Positions 1 through 10,386 of a stretch of 64,000 nucleotides of DNA are shown here, piece after piece; positions within the stretch are counted from its first letter, which is position 1, and the number at the start of each line of letters is the position of its first letter. Location: the IMG/VR virus record IMGVR_UViG_3300008111_000003. The stretch is one strand, 5' to 3'. The notes under the pieces were generated by a model that searched no databases, was not told where the DNA came from, and worked only from the letters and a program-made list of their open reading frames with translations. Origin of the DNA: a virus. The position numbers and the translations under genes were made by a program.

Positions 1-2
1 AT

Positions 3-671
3 TTTATATATGAGAATGATTCTACTGATAATACTAGTAAAACCTTATCTAGTCTTAAGTCCAAAGTTCAAAATTTCGATTATAGATCTGATAAACTAAA
101 TCTCAAACAGTTTGTTCACGGGAAAAACATGGACCTTAAATCCATAGAAAGAACGTCTAATCTTGCTAAACACCGTAACATTTGCTTATCTCATGTTCAA
201 AAGAATAATGACAAATTTGATTTTGTCATAGTGATGGATACAGATTTTCAAAAATTTAGTCTTGATGGTATCATTAATTCTTTTGGATGGCTGTCTGCTA
301 ATTATTGTGATGCTATGGTTGGTAATTCATTTGAGATGAAATCATTAACTATGGATCAAACATCTCAAATTATATGGAATTATGACTGTTGGGCATATAG
401 AGGCTCTTGGTGGGAAGATTTGCAAAAATATGCAGCAGTATATTCTCATGATCCTATGATGTGGTTTGGTTTTTGGCAACCGCCTATTGGAAGTAGTCCG
501 ATTAAAGTTAACAGTGCTTTTGGTGGTATTGCTATATATAAAAGCGCTGACTATATTAAAAGTAAATATGATGGATATGATTGTGAGCATGTATGTTTTC
601 ATAAAAATATGATCACTAAATTTCCAGATTATAAGATATGTATAAACCCATCTCAAATGATGTTTTTTTGA
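3..671 (+). CDS. Glycosyltransferase, GT69/CAP59-like (5'-partial; frame open from window start)
   Basis: Frame is open upstream of ATG 129 (FIYENDSTDNT). Motifs RN..L, VMDTD, YDCWAYR, VNSAFGGIAIY, DCEHVCFH, INP. Confidence 0.7.
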   Translation, partial: FIYENDSTDNTSKTLSSLKSKVQNFDYRSDKLNLKQFVHGKNMDLKSIERTSNLAKHRNICLSHVQKNNDKFDFVIVMDTDFQKFSLDGIINSFGWLSANYCDAMVGNSFEMKSLTMDQTSQIIWNYDCWAYRGSWWEDLQKYAAVYSHDPMMWFGFWQPPIGSSPIKVNSAFGGIAIYKSADYIKSKYDGYDCEHVCFHKNMITKFPDYKICINPSQMMFF

Positions 672-687
672 CTAAGGAGAATTTAAA

Positions 688-825
688 ATAACAATTGTAC
701 TTATTATTGCTATGTTGATTGGAGTATTTCAAGCATACATTTCAATTTGTGATGTTAGATTAAATAAAACTTCAGGTGTGAAACCTTCAAATAGTTTAAT
801 TGAATATATTTTTTTGAATCGCTAA
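688..825 (+). CDS. Small hydrophobic protein (~45 aa), start uncertain (ATA 688 after an AAGGAG SD, or ATG 712)
   Basis: Open frame ITIVLIIAMLIGVFQAYISI... fills the intergenic gap; SD near 674-680. Confidence 0.4.
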   Translation: MTIVLIIAMLIGVFQAYISICDVRLNKTSGVKPSNSLIEYIFLNR

Positions 826-826
826 G

Positions 827-1366
827 ATGAATAGACTTAATAATCAAAGAGTTTACCTTGCTGGTGCTATGGATAGGGTAATAGATCGTGGTACTGGATG
901 GAGAGATAGTATTACTCCATTTCTTACTAGTCTAGGAATAGTAGTTTTTAACCCAATTAGTAAACCAACCGATATCGGATTAGAAGATCATGATACTCAT
1001 CAAATTAAAACTAAACTGAAACATATGGGTCGATATGATGAATTGACTGCGATGATGAAAACTATACGAGCAGTAGATTTACGATTAGTTGATATTAGTG
1101 ATTTTCTGATAGTTAATCTTGATTTAGATCACTATGCTTGTGGAACATGGGAAGAAATAAGTCTGGCAAACCGTCAAAAAAAACCTATTATAGTTCATAT
1201 GGCTCAAGGTAAAAATCACGCACCTGACTGGCTTTTTGGAATGATCCCACACCAAATGATTTTTTCAAGTTGGGATGAAATCAAACATTATCTTAGCCAT
1301 ATTAATACATCAGAAAATATAGATACTCATAAGAGATGGTATTTCTTCAATGCAAAAAATAATTAA
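827..1366 (+). CDS. Nucleoside 2-deoxyribosyltransferase-like / nucleotide hydrolase
   Basis: VYLAGAM, WR, VFNP, D..LVD.SD, GT.EE motifs of the NDT-like fold. Confidence 0.7.
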   Translation: MNRLNNQRVYLAGAMDRVIDRGTGWRDSITPFLTSLGIVVFNPISKPTDIGLEDHDTHQIKTKLKHMGRYDELTAMMKTIRAVDLRLVDISDFLIVNLDLDHYACGTWEEISLANRQKKPIIVHMAQGKNHAPDWLFGMIPHQMIFSSWDEIKHYLSHINTSENIDTHKRWYFFNAKNN

Positions 1367-2468
1367 TGAAACTAAACTAGACTTCGATGATGTTCTCATA
1401 AGACCAAAAAGATCCACACTAAATAGTAGATCAGAGGTTAATTTAGTACGATCATATTCTTTTAAGTATTCTCCACGCAAATTATTAGCATCTCCAATTA
1501 TGGTTGCTAATATGGATACTGTTGGCACGTTAGATATGGCTAAATCCCTATGCCCACACTCCGCCATAACCTGCTTGCATAAACACTATACTAAAGAACA
1601 GTATATAGATTTTTATAAACAACAAGTTATTAATGATTTAGTTTTTTATTCTATAGGCACAAGCGAAAAAGATATCAATAAGGCGATAGAAGTATTTCGT
1701 TCTATTGAACAAACTAAACAATATCCAAATATTTGTCTTGATGTGGCAAATGGGTATACTGAACAGTTTGTAAAAACAGCATATAGATTAAGAAATTTAT
1801 TTCCAGAATCTATTATTATGGCTGGTAATGTAGTAACTCCAGAAATGACAGAAGAATTAATTATTCATGGACAGGTCGATATAGTCAAGGTTGGTATAGG
1901 GTCAGGCAGCGTTTGTACCACTCGTTTAAAAACGGGCGTTGGATACCCACAACTGAGTGCTGTAATGGAATGCTCCGATGCTGCTCATGGTCTAGGTGGT
2001 CATATTTGTAGCGATGGAGGTTGTAAAGTAGTCGGAGATATTGCGAAAGCTCTTGGTGGAAATGCGGATTTTCTAATGTTGGGAAGTATGTTTGCTGGTG
2101 TTGACGAGTGTGAAGGAGAATGGCAATATGAATATTTGGGAGGTAAAGATACAGATTATTTATTTTGGCAACCTTTTGATCCAGGCAATAACTCACCCAA
2201 AAGAAAAGTATCATTGAAATATTATGGTATGAGTAGCAAAGACGCTATGAATAAACACCATAATGGAGTAGCAGATTATAGAACAGATGAAGGCAAATGT
2301 GTGATTGTGCCATACAAAGGAACAGCACAAGATATTATACAAGATATCTATGGTGGATTAAGAAGTGCATGTACTTATATTGGAGCAAATAGCATTAAAG
2401 ATTTCGGTAAAAAAACAACTTTTATACAGGTAAATAATACTCATAATAAAATATATGAAAAACCTTAA
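1350..2468 (+). CDS. guaC: GMP reductase
   Basis: [57 protein letters not shown]. Confidence 0.95.
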   Translation: MQKIINETKLDFDDVLIRPKRSTLNSRSEVNLVRSYSFKYSPRKLLASPIMVANMDTVGTLDMAKSLCPHSAITCLHKHYTKEQYIDFYKQQVINDLVFYSIGTSEKDINKAIEVFRSIEQTKQYPNICLDVANGYTEQFVKTAYRLRNLFPESIIMAGNVVTPEMTEELIIHGQVDIVKVGIGSGSVCTTRLKTGVGYPQLSAVMECSDAAHGLGGHICSDGGCKVVGDIAKALGGNADFLMLGSMFAGVDECEGEWQYEYLGGKDTDYLFWQPFDPGNNSPKRKVSLKYYGMSSKDAMNKHHNGVADYRTDEGKCVIVPYKGTAQDIIQDIYGGLRSACTYIGANSIKDFGKKTTFIQVNNTHNKIYEKP

Positions 2469-3570
2469 TTTATTCTGCCCGATCAATGGTACTGGCTATG
2501 GAATAACATCATCAAATATAGCCAAGTCCCTAAATAAAGATTTAAATATCAGTCTATTTCCTATTGGATCTAATATAGATTGTAATAGTGAAGAAGATAA
2601 ACAGCTATTCCAAAAACTATTAAATAATAGTTCTACATTCGACTATTCTGCACCATGTCTAAAAATATGGCATCAATATGATTTGGCCATGAGGGTTGGT
2701 AATGGTCACTATTATAGTTTTCCATTCTTTGAAATTGATAAATTAACACCAAGAGAAATTCATCATTTAAACTATTGCGATTATATTTTTGTGGCTTCAT
2801 CGTGGGGTAAGAAAATACTTCAGGACAACGGAGTAAATAAGCCAATTATAGTTTGTCCACTAGGTGTGGATATGAATATTTTTAATGTTCCAGAATATAA
2901 AATTCGACTAGAGAAACCCACTTATACTTTTTATCATATTGGCAAGTGGGAGCATCGTAAGTCTCAAGATGTTTTGTTACAAGCGTTTGATGCCGCATTC
3001 AGACCAGATGATAATGTACAATTATTTCTATTGCCATTTAATCCATTTCTTAATGAACAAGAAAATAATTATTGGTTTAGTTTAGTAGATAATTGTAGAT
3101 TAAAAGATAAGATTAAAGTTTTTGGACGATTACAAACTCAATATCAAGTAGCACAATTTATTGATAATTGTGATTGTGGAGTCTTCGTATCTAGAGCAGA
3201 GGGCTGGAATAATGAAATTATAGAAAGTATGGCTATGAATAAACCTGTTATAGTAACAAATTATTCAGCTCATACTGAATACTGTAATAAAGACAATTCT
3301 TATCTGGTAGATATTGATAGCCTTGAGCCTGCTAATGACGGAAAATGGTTTGATGGGTCCGGTAATTGGGCTAAAATAGGACAAAATCAATTTGATCAAA
3401 TCGTTTCTCATATGAAATTTGTGTATAGTAACCATATAGACTCTAATTCCAATGGAGTTTTAACGGCCAAAAAATATAGTTGGGATCATACTGCCAGTAT
3501 TATACAATCATCATTCCTTAAGAATAATAGTTATTATGCCAATACCAAAAAGAAAACAAAACGAAGATAA
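2455..3570 (+). CDS. Glycosyltransferase family 4 (GT-B)
   Basis: TGYG, GKWEHRKSQD, SRAEGWN..IIESMAMNKPVIVTNYS. Confidence 0.85.
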   Translation: MKNLNLFCPINGTGYGITSSNIAKSLNKDLNISLFPIGSNIDCNSEEDKQLFQKLLNNSSTFDYSAPCLKIWHQYDLAMRVGNGHYYSFPFFEIDKLTPREIHHLNYCDYIFVASSWGKKILQDNGVNKPIIVCPLGVDMNIFNVPEYKIRLEKPTYTFYHIGKWEHRKSQDVLLQAFDAAFRPDDNVQLFLLPFNPFLNEQENNYWFSLVDNCRLKDKIKVFGRLQTQYQVAQFIDNCDCGVFVSRAEGWNNEIIESMAMNKPVIVTNYSAHTEYCNKDNSYLVDIDSLEPANDGKWFDGSGNWAKIGQNQFDQIVSHMKFVYSNHIDSNSNGVLTAKKYSWDHTASIIQSSFLKNNSYYANTKKKTKRR

Positions 3571-4204
3571 TCAGAAATTCGTGGCCCGTTGCATGGGTAA
3601 CGAAACCATGAAAAAGGAATATCCAGATTCTAAACAAAGAGTAGCGATCTGTCTTGGTCAAACTCGTACTAAATCTGGACTATTTGATTATGTATTAGAT
3701 ATCTTAGGTTTTTCGTTAGCCTATAATGATTGTGAAGAATGTGGAGATGTTGAAGAAATAAGCTTATCAAATATAGTTCCTCCAAAAGACGAGGATTATG
3801 TAGACTTTGGAGAAGATACAGAAGAATTAGAACTCCCAGTAGTTGCCAAATATGAATATATAGATCCTGTTACTTTTGAAAAATATTATTTTGAAAGAAG
3901 AGGAAACTACAAAAAAAATGGTCGATATCTTAGATATGAAGGGGAAAGTAAAGCTGCTGAATATCAAGGTCGCAAAGTAACATTAAATAAACCATTTAGA
4001 ACATCAAATGGTCCTAAAAAATTTGCTGTATATACTAAAAATGAAAGTGGTAATGTTGTAATAGTTCGTTTTGGTGATCCTGATCCGAATATGAAAATCA
4101 AAAAGAATATTCCAGAAAGACGTAAAAGTTTTAGAGCAAGACATAACTGCGATAATCCAGGACCAAAATGGAAAGCAAGATATTGGTCTTGCCGTGCGTG
4201 GTAA
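3536..4204 (+). CDS. Conserved phage protein with basic C-terminal domain
   Basis: C-terminal AEYQGRKV.LNKP...VRFGDP...RRKSFRARHNC...ARYWSC module seen in many large phages. Confidence 0.6.
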   Translation: MPIPKRKQNEDNQKFVARCMGNETMKKEYPDSKQRVAICLGQTRTKSGLFDYVLDILGFSLAYNDCEECGDVEEISLSNIVPPKDEDYVDFGEDTEELELPVVAKYEYIDPVTFEKYYFERRGNYKKNGRYLRYEGESKAAEYQGRKVTLNKPFRTSNGPKKFAVYTKNESGNVVIVRFGDPDPNMKIKKNIPERRKSFRARHNCDNPGPKWKARYWSCRAW

Positions 4205-4211
4205 ATTATTA

Positions 4212-4766
4212 ATGGAGATACAAAAAATGTCAGAACCCAAAATAGATCATCTATTAGAAACACATAATACAAAAGCTAATACAACAGAATATACAATATC
4301 TAATATCGGAGATATGCTAAAAGAACTGATCACAAACGTTAATAAATTAGCTGCAAATGATGATACAGATTTTACAGAAGTTGAGGAAACAGAGGAAGAA
4401 ACTCCAGAAATGGAAATGATGGAATACAAAAATGATTTTTATCAGATGAGTGTTGGATCGCTCAGGGCTATTATGAACCATAGTCAGGCTATTTTAGCGG
4501 CTCTGGAAAATCCATCAGTAAAGGAAAACTTGACAGAAAGCTGGCTACAGGGTAAAATTGCTATTACAGAGGACTACATGAGGACCATTCATGATTTTGT
4601 GATGTTTGTATCCGAGGCAGACGATAATAGTATCAGTGGATCCAAACCCGGTCTTTGGGAAAATATACGAAAGAAAAAAGAAAGAATGGGTAAAAAGTAT
4701 AAACCAGCGAAACCCGGCGACAAAGATAGACCAGATCCAGAATCCTGGAAAAAGGCTCAGAAGTAA
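4212..4766 (+). CDS. Hypothetical phage protein
   Basis: ORF track; C-terminal GLWENIRKK...KPGDKDRP module; start approximate. Confidence 0.6.
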   Translation: MEIQKMSEPKIDHLLETHNTKANTTEYTISNIGDMLKELITNVNKLAANDDTDFTEVEETEEETPEMEMMEYKNDFYQMSVGSLRAIMNHSQAILAALENPSVKENLTESWLQGKIAITEDYMRTIHDFVMFVSEADDNSISGSKPGLWENIRKKKERMGKKYKPAKPGDKDRPDPESWKKAQK

Positions 4767-4779
4767 TTAGGAATATAGT

Positions 4780-5091
4780 TTGTTTGAATCTGATAGTGAA
4801 TTTCTACATTGGTTATCTCTTAGACTACAGCATTTTCATAAGTATGATGCTGATCATGATATAATTCATAAATTACAAAACATAGCATCCAAACAAATGT
4901 TCCGTATTGATTTATCTAATCAGGATATAGATAAAATTATAGGACAATATTTGGTAGATTTTAATTTAACAAAAGACGACACTTGCGATATAGGATATTC
5001 TGAAGATCAAAGAAAAGCTGTTAGAGACTATATCAAAAGTATTGTATTAGATATTTATCATAAGCGCGTACCAAAGGATATTCTTAAATAA
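4780..5091 (+). CDS. Hypothetical protein (TTG start)
   Basis: ORF with an upstream AGGA; packs between neighbours. Confidence 0.55.
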   Translation: MFESDSEFLHWLSLRLQHFHKYDADHDIIHKLQNIASKQMFRIDLSNQDIDKIIGQYLVDFNLTKDDTCDIGYSEDQRKAVRDYIKSIVLDIYHKRVPKDILK

Positions 5092-5100
5092 GGAGAAATT

Positions 5101-5757
5101 ATGTTATTACAATTAAATGGTATTGGTAATCAAAAAATTCGATATAAAGATCATTCGGAGATTAATTTCGATAGTCTGGATCACTATGTGACTCTGGCTA
5201 AAAAATCTATAGCAAAATTTTCTAATCAGTTTTATCAAGGATTATCAACAAAAATGCTGAAGGATGAAGATGCTATATCCTCTGTTGCTAATGCTATTAT
5301 GATGGCAGATTGGAGATGGGATGAAAACTATCAAAATGAAAAAGGAACAAAAAAGACCAGATACTCCTATCGAAATCAGTGTGCATTATGGGCTATTCAG
5401 ACCTATATAACAAAAGATCACAAAAAAGACAAGAAATTTAAGAAAAAATTCTTTTCCTTGGACCATGAAATCGAATCAGATGATAGCACAGTATATAACT
5501 GTACACAAGATGAGAAGATGATGTCCCCAGATGATATTTTGATTCAAAAAGAAGACAAAGAAGAATTAACAAAGCTGATTGAGTCCCTACTCTCCTTAGA
5601 CTGCTTAACTCCTAGACAAAAAGACTATATCAAACTATATTACTTTGAGGCTTACACATTTGAAAAAATTGGTCAAAAATATGGTATAACACGAGAAGCA
5701 GTTAGACAGGGTTTAAATAAAGCTATTAATATGATAAAGGAAACAGTTAATGTTTGA
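5101..5757 (+). CDS. Phage RNA polymerase sigma-70-family factor
   Basis: Region 4 HTH LTPRQKDYIKLYY...TFEKIGQKYGITREAVRQ; region-2-like segment; AAGGAG SD. Confidence 0.8.
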   Translation: MLLQLNGIGNQKIRYKDHSEINFDSLDHYVTLAKKSIAKFSNQFYQGLSTKMLKDEDAISSVANAIMMADWRWDENYQNEKGTKKTRYSYRNQCALWAIQTYITKDHKKDKKFKKKFFSLDHEIESDDSTVYNCTQDEKMMSPDDILIQKEDKEELTKLIESLLSLDCLTPRQKDYIKLYYFEAYTFEKIGQKYGITREAVRQGLNKAINMIKETVNV

Positions 5758-6133
5758 AATAAATATTAGTTGTGTAGTGTTCGGTGTTAATCCAGGTTTG
5801 AATAAAAGATGTATACTATCTATCAAATCTGAAGATATAGAATTACCTAATTTTAAATTATCTATTGATCAAGCATCAAATATTAATCAGAGTATTATTG
5901 ATTTTCTAAGACAATATATTTTTGTGAATGAATTAGAATTATTACCACAGATAATTAATATTAATTCATCAAAATTAAAAACAGAAGATCATATCTTACA
6001 AACTATATATGGATTTATTATAGACTATAAAAGTAGCATAGATTCTTCTAAGGCACAATGGATAGATTTTGATCCACTACAAGAACATAGATTAAGTCCG
6101 GTTATTTTTGAAACCATGCAAAAACTATCATAA
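5750..6133 (+). CDS. Hypothetical protein
   Basis: Overlapping operon-style ORF. Confidence 0.55.
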   Translation: MFEINISCVVFGVNPGLNKRCILSIKSEDIELPNFKLSIDQASNINQSIIDFLRQYIFVNELELLPQIININSSKLKTEDHILQTIYGFIIDYKSSIDSSKAQWIDFDPLQEHRLSPVIFETMQKLS

Positions 6134-6134
6134 T

Positions 6135-6503
6135 ATGTTACAAAAACTAAAATCGTTATTTACACAAAAAGAACAACAAAAAGAATCTCAAAAAAGTAAG
6201 TCTAATTATTTAATATTTGAACTTGATGAAAATAATCAATCCCATATATCATTAGCGATTAATAATGATGACTTAGAAAGTGCTAAACAACTTGGTATTA
6301 TGTTATTTTTAATCAATGAAGGATATTATGTACAATTAATTTTAGATGTTTTACTAAAAATTTCTAAACAAGATATCAATCATAATATTTTTGTGCAGAA
6401 GGTTATATCTGACTGGTCATCTCATATTAATGATAATTTATTATCTGAAAACAATGATGAACCGATTATTAAACCAACTCATTTCAATTCAAAGGGCGAA
6501 TAA
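6135..6503 (+). CDS. Hypothetical protein
   Basis: ORF; ATG directly after the upstream stop is the preferred start. Confidence 0.55.
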   Translation: MLQKLKSLFTQKEQQKESQKSKSNYLIFELDENNQSHISLAINNDDLESAKQLGIMLFLINEGYYVQLILDVLLKISKQDINHNIFVQKVISDWSSHINDNLLSENNDEPIIKPTHFNSKGE

Positions 6504-6937
6504 TGGATAATAAACCACTAATTATGTGGGAAAAATGGGTTGATCCGTTTGGTCAAGATATGGACGAGGCTAAATGGACTGATTATAATAATGATATAGC
6601 TGATCTGGATAATATACTTAATAGTGATCCAGAAGAGGATGATGACGAGGATAAAGTCAAAGAACATAAACCTATTTCTCGTAATCCTATAAAAGTTATA
6701 GCCTCTCCATTGGGTCTTATCCCATACAACGAACATACTGCTAGTGGTAAAATTTTTAATTTTTGGTTAGGTCATACTAATTTTAGTATATCCAATAAGA
6801 TTAAAAATATTATTGAGCAGTGTGACGGGGTTGAGATATTAGATATCTTTACTAGATACCGATTCAGAATAGCCATAGGTAAATGTTTTAATGACTCCGA
6901 AGTTATTAATACTATTAATGAAAGTTTGAATCAATAA
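6503..6937 (+). CDS. Hypothetical protein (acidic N-terminal half)
   Basis: ORF coupled by TAATG overlap. Confidence 0.6.
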   Translation: MDNKPLIMWEKWVDPFGQDMDEAKWTDYNNDIADLDNILNSDPEEDDDEDKVKEHKPISRNPIKVIASPLGLIPYNEHTASGKIFNFWLGHTNFSISNKIKNIIEQCDGVEILDIFTRYRFRIAIGKCFNDSEVINTINESLNQ

Positions 6938-6941
6938 ATAT

Positions 6942-7625
6942 ATGACAAATGTTACCAACAATGACTTCACTCTTCTTAATACTATTCATGATTATAATAT
7001 TGATCTAAATAATAGAGAGATATATCTACACTCATATATGTCTGATGAATCTGATGAGGCTGGCGTTGATTATAGATCAGCAATAGTATTTGAAAAAAAC
7101 CTACGCTACCTTAACAGCATATCATTAGAACCCATTCTTGTGCATATGCATTTGCCTGGCGGCGACTGGCAAGATTGTTTGGGCATTTATGATTCTATAC
7201 GAGCCAGCAAAAGCAAAGTTATTATAGTCGCTACTGCTAAAGTTGAATCTAGTAGTAGTGTACTATTGCAAGCGGCAGACCTGAGAATTCTAACACAAAA
7301 TACTAATTTTTTGATCCATTATGGATCACTTAGTATTGATAACGAACACAAGGCCGCTTTAAGCACAGTACAGTGGAGTGAAAAAGAGAGCGAAAAGATG
7401 ATCGATATATTCACTGAAAAGTGTATGAATAGTATTATATGTAAAGAAAAAAATTGGAAAAGAATGATGGTACGAAAACATATTGTGAGTCAGTTAGCCA
7501 CAAAAAGAGATTGGATACTAACATCGGACGAGGCCGTAAGATATGGTTTTGCTGATGGAGTATTAGGCACAAAAAAATATCCCAACATAGAATATATCAA
7601 AAACTTAATGAAGAAATCAAAATAG
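6942..7625 (+). CDS. clpP: ClpP-like protease subunit
   Basis: REIYL, PGG, IYD, VES (Ser), FLIHYG (His), RDWIL (Asp), EAVRYGFADGV. Confidence 0.8.
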   Translation: MTNVTNNDFTLLNTIHDYNIDLNNREIYLHSYMSDESDEAGVDYRSAIVFEKNLRYLNSISLEPILVHMHLPGGDWQDCLGIYDSIRASKSKVIIVATAKVESSSSVLLQAADLRILTQNTNFLIHYGSLSIDNEHKAALSTVQWSEKESEKMIDIFTEKCMNSIICKEKNWKRMMVRKHIVSQLATKRDWILTSDEAVRYGFADGVLGTKKYPNIEYIKNLMKKSK

Positions 7626-7626
7626 C

Positions 7627-8295
7627 ATGTATATTGATTTTGCTTTTATAGATACTGATATTAATGATATTGACTCTAAAAATATAGTCACTGAAATAAT
7701 TCAATATCCTATTAATAGCATAACAGCTCCGTACTATTTAATCAAAGGAATTAAAAATCTGGTTCCTACTGACCGTATCAGTCTATCTTGCCTGATTGAT
7801 TATCCGTTAGGCATTTCTGATAGTAAAACACGGCGATTTTCTGTTGAGCAAGCATCTAAGATTGGTATAAACTTCGTGGATATTGCTATGCCACAGAATT
7901 TAGCAGCAAATAGGAGGTATGATAAAATAAGAGACGATATCAAATATGCGATGGAATTTTGTTCTACTAATAATATTCAACCTCGATATATACTAGAATA
8001 TAGAACTTTCGACCACCACTGTTTAAAGAAAATTTGTGAGATATTTGAGAGTTTCAAGATAACGTATGTTTTTCCATCAACAAATTTCTTTCTTGATAAT
8101 TTAGCCGATAATATACTAGCATCCGTTTTTCTATATCAAAACTCAAAAGACCTAAATATTATTTCCACTGGTAACGTATGGTGCGATAAACATTTTGATA
8201 CTATGATTAAATCTGGCCTATTTGGGTTTAGAACAACCTCAGTTCATAGTTTGAAAAATTTTGTAGCTTTTAATTCTGGCCTTAAACATAAATAG
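7627..8295 (+). CDS. DeoC (deoxyribose-phosphate aldolase)-like TIM barrel, degenerate
   Basis: IDYPLG, VDI, YILEY, PST motifs align with DeoC; the Schiff-base Lys appears absent. Confidence 0.65.
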   Translation: MYIDFAFIDTDINDIDSKNIVTEIIQYPINSITAPYYLIKGIKNLVPTDRISLSCLIDYPLGISDSKTRRFSVEQASKIGINFVDIAMPQNLAANRRYDKIRDDIKYAMEFCSTNNIQPRYILEYRTFDHHCLKKICEIFESFKITYVFPSTNFFLDNLADNILASVFLYQNSKDLNIISTGNVWCDKHFDTMIKSGLFGFRTTSVHSLKNFVAFNSGLKHK

Positions 8296-8296
8296 T

Positions 8297-8305
8297 GGTG
8301 TATAA
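8297..8305 (+). promoter_or_regulatory. GGTGTAT phage promoter-like motif
   Basis: Recurs at gene boundaries: 8297, 9314, 18694, 18951 (GGTGTAA), 26385, 37005, 38647 (TGTGTAT), 40870. Confidence 0.6.
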
Positions 8306-8344
8306 CCTGTTGTTCCACAAAATTCTTTAATATGGAGTATAATA

Positions 8345-8911
8345 ATGGCAACAGCTCAAGTAAATGGTAGTGCTACCACAGTTTCGCCATATGGCGCTAT
8401 AGTTGAAGCTAGCAATAATCACGGCACAATGAGAGCTAACGGAACATCAACATCTAATGTTGTAGAAAATGTTAACACAGTTAGACCAGTTGTTGATGCT
8501 TTTGGATCCAGGGTAGTTCCTGACTCTGTAACAGAAAAAGACTATGCTGGCAAAGCAGTTAGTGCTGGCACTTTTGCTCACAACCACGTTAAGCCGATTA
8601 GTAGTTTAGTTACCACAGAACTAGCCGGTGTTGATACTAATGTTATCAAATCTCCCGCTAATGATGGTGTTAAGCGTAGTATCAATAAAGTTGAGAATAA
8701 TAAGTCTGTACTATTTACAACAGCTATTAGAGCTAACAAGTACAATAGGGTAACTGGTAAATGGGATAGTAATTATCCTGCCGCTCAAACCATTAGTTTT
8801 GCTAGTGATGAGGCTGCTAATCCTACACTTAGTGTTCCTGGTGAACTAACATATCGCACAGGTTCCAAGGTTCCAGTTAATGATAACTATAAGAATAAAA
8901 CCAACGGCTGA
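8345..8911 (+). CDS. Probable virion structural protein
   Basis: Ala/Thr/Val/Asn-rich, GGAG SD, own promoter motif and downstream hairpin. Confidence 0.5.
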   Translation: MATAQVNGSATTVSPYGAIVEASNNHGTMRANGTSTSNVVENVNTVRPVVDAFGSRVVPDSVTEKDYAGKAVSAGTFAHNHVKPISSLVTTELAGVDTNVIKSPANDGVKRSINKVENNKSVLFTTAIRANKYNRVTGKWDSNYPAAQTISFASDEAANPTLSVPGELTYRTGSKVPVNDNYKNKTNG

Positions 8912-8941
8912 TAATCAACACTATTAACTTTAACGACACAT

Positions 8942-8980
8942 AATAAGCCAATGATACTTGAAGGTGTCGTTGGCTTATTT
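8942..8980 (+). terminator. Stem-loop, putative intrinsic terminator
   Basis: AATAAGCCAATGATAC...GTGTCGTTGGCTTATT inverted repeat with G-U pairs. Confidence 0.6.
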
Positions 8981-8997
8981 AGTTATGGAGAAGCCTA

Positions 8998-9314
8998 TGA
9001 GTGAAACTATTATTCATTTTTGGGAAAATATTGCAACAACTAGTATTGGTATTATTGTGACTATGATGGGGTTTTGGGTGGCTATAGGCCGCAATATGGT
9101 AACCAAAAGCGAAGTGGCTCAACTCATCAAAAATGAAAGTCCTTATCTTCAAGATCGTCAGTTTATTATGGAAAGATTAGCTAGTAATAAAGAGACTCAA
9201 GCGGCATTTGCATCAGCACTTCAGCGTAATACTGAAGTTATGAACGAACTTAAAATTCAAATAGCCACTCTTGGTAAAACACTAGAGGCTCTTGAAGATA
9301 GAATAGATCGCTAG
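8998..9314 (+). CDS. Membrane-anchored coiled-coil protein
   Basis: GGAG SD before ATG 8998; one TM segment followed by a heptad-rich C-terminus. Confidence 0.6.
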
Positions 9315-9353
9315 GTGTATTATACTATAACTCACTAGAATAAAGGTAAAAAT

Positions 9354-9566
9354 ATGGCTAATGACATTAATAAAATCGTATCGGCTAATCCCATTAAAAA
9401 TGGTACAGTTCTCGTTTCTTGCACTAGAACTGGAGAATATTCCACACTAGATACTAATGTTAAGAACACTCCAGCTATAGCGGATATACAAAATAAATAT
9501 GATGCTAGATTTGATGATCCAAGCTACTATTATGGTCTAGGTAACTCTAACGTGATAGGAACCTAA
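9354..9566 (+). CDS. Small hypothetical protein
   Basis: AAGG SD and upstream GGTGTAT motif. Confidence 0.55.
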   Translation: MANDINKIVSANPIKNGTVLVSCTRTGEYSTLDTNVKNTPAIADIQNKYDARFDDPSYYYGLGNSNVIGT

Positions 9567-9568
9567 TT

Positions 9569-10048
9569 ATGGGAATTGTAAGAATAAATGAACTTCCAGA
9601 AGGCTCTGGTAATTTAACTAATGATGATATTTTCATTTTTATGGATGATCCATCTGGTGGTGGAGTTACTAAAAAAATTAGTTTGAGTGAAATTAGTAAC
9701 GCTATTGGTGTAGGATCGCCTAGTTTTACAGTTATTAATCTTGGTAGTGTTAGTGGAAATATTAATACTGATGCTAGTTCTGGTGGCATTTTTGATCTAA
9801 CATTAACTGGTAGTGGACTATTAACCAATCCAACCAATCCAACAAATGGTCAAACATTAAGGTGGAGAATACGTCAAGATAATACTGGTAATAGAATATT
9901 AAGTCTTGGAAATAAATTTAAGATTCCATCTAGCGCAACCAATCCACTCCCTTTTAGTGGCGGGAGTGGCGTTATGGATATTCTTGGTGCCACATATCAT
10001 GCTGGTCGTGACAAATGGGATATTGTAGCATTTGTACCCGGTTACTAA
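9569..10048 (+). CDS. Tail/fiber-associated structural protein
   Basis: RINELP...TKKISL N-terminal motif; NPTNGQ...IRQD.TG.R C-terminal fiber-type domain. Confidence 0.55.
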   Translation: MGIVRINELPEGSGNLTNDDIFIFMDDPSGGGVTKKISLSEISNAIGVGSPSFTVINLGSVSGNINTDASSGGIFDLTLTGSGLLTNPTNPTNGQTLRWRIRQDNTGNRILSLGNKFKIPSSATNPLPFSGGSGVMDILGATYHAGRDKWDIVAFVPGY

Positions 10049-10076
10049 AATTTACATAATATAATAAGGAGATTTT

Positions 10077-10379
10077 ATGAATTTATCAAATCCTATTACT
10101 ATTCAGCCACCAACTATTATAAGAGCCGATGGAGAAGTGCGAGTTCAAAATCCCATAATAATTAAAGAACTTAGTTTAATAATTATTGATGATGTAAAAA
10201 ATAAAAATGTTATTGTTAAAATTAAACCATGTCCTTTTCCCTTGGTTGTATGGACAAAACAAGATTATGATACTGTAGGTGATTATACCCAAACCCAATT
10301 AGAAAATAGAGTATTAGAGTTGCTTGGGGATGATATTAAAAGTAGTCTAGAAAAATTATTTAAGCCTCCAACTAGATAG
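10077..10379 (+). CDS. Hypothetical protein (possible fiber chaperone)
   Basis: AAGGAG SD; located in the tail block. Confidence 0.55.
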   Translation: MNLSNPITIQPPTIIRADGEVRVQNPIIIKELSLIIIDDVKNKNVIVKIKPCPFPLVVWTKQDYDTVGDYTQTQLENRVLELLGDDIKSSLEKLFKPPTR

Positions 10380-10386
10380 TTTAAAA

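Noticed and set aside
4075-4090. GATCCT-GATCCG micro-duplication (GDPDPN)
   Set aside because: An in-frame 6-nt duplication with no evident consequence.
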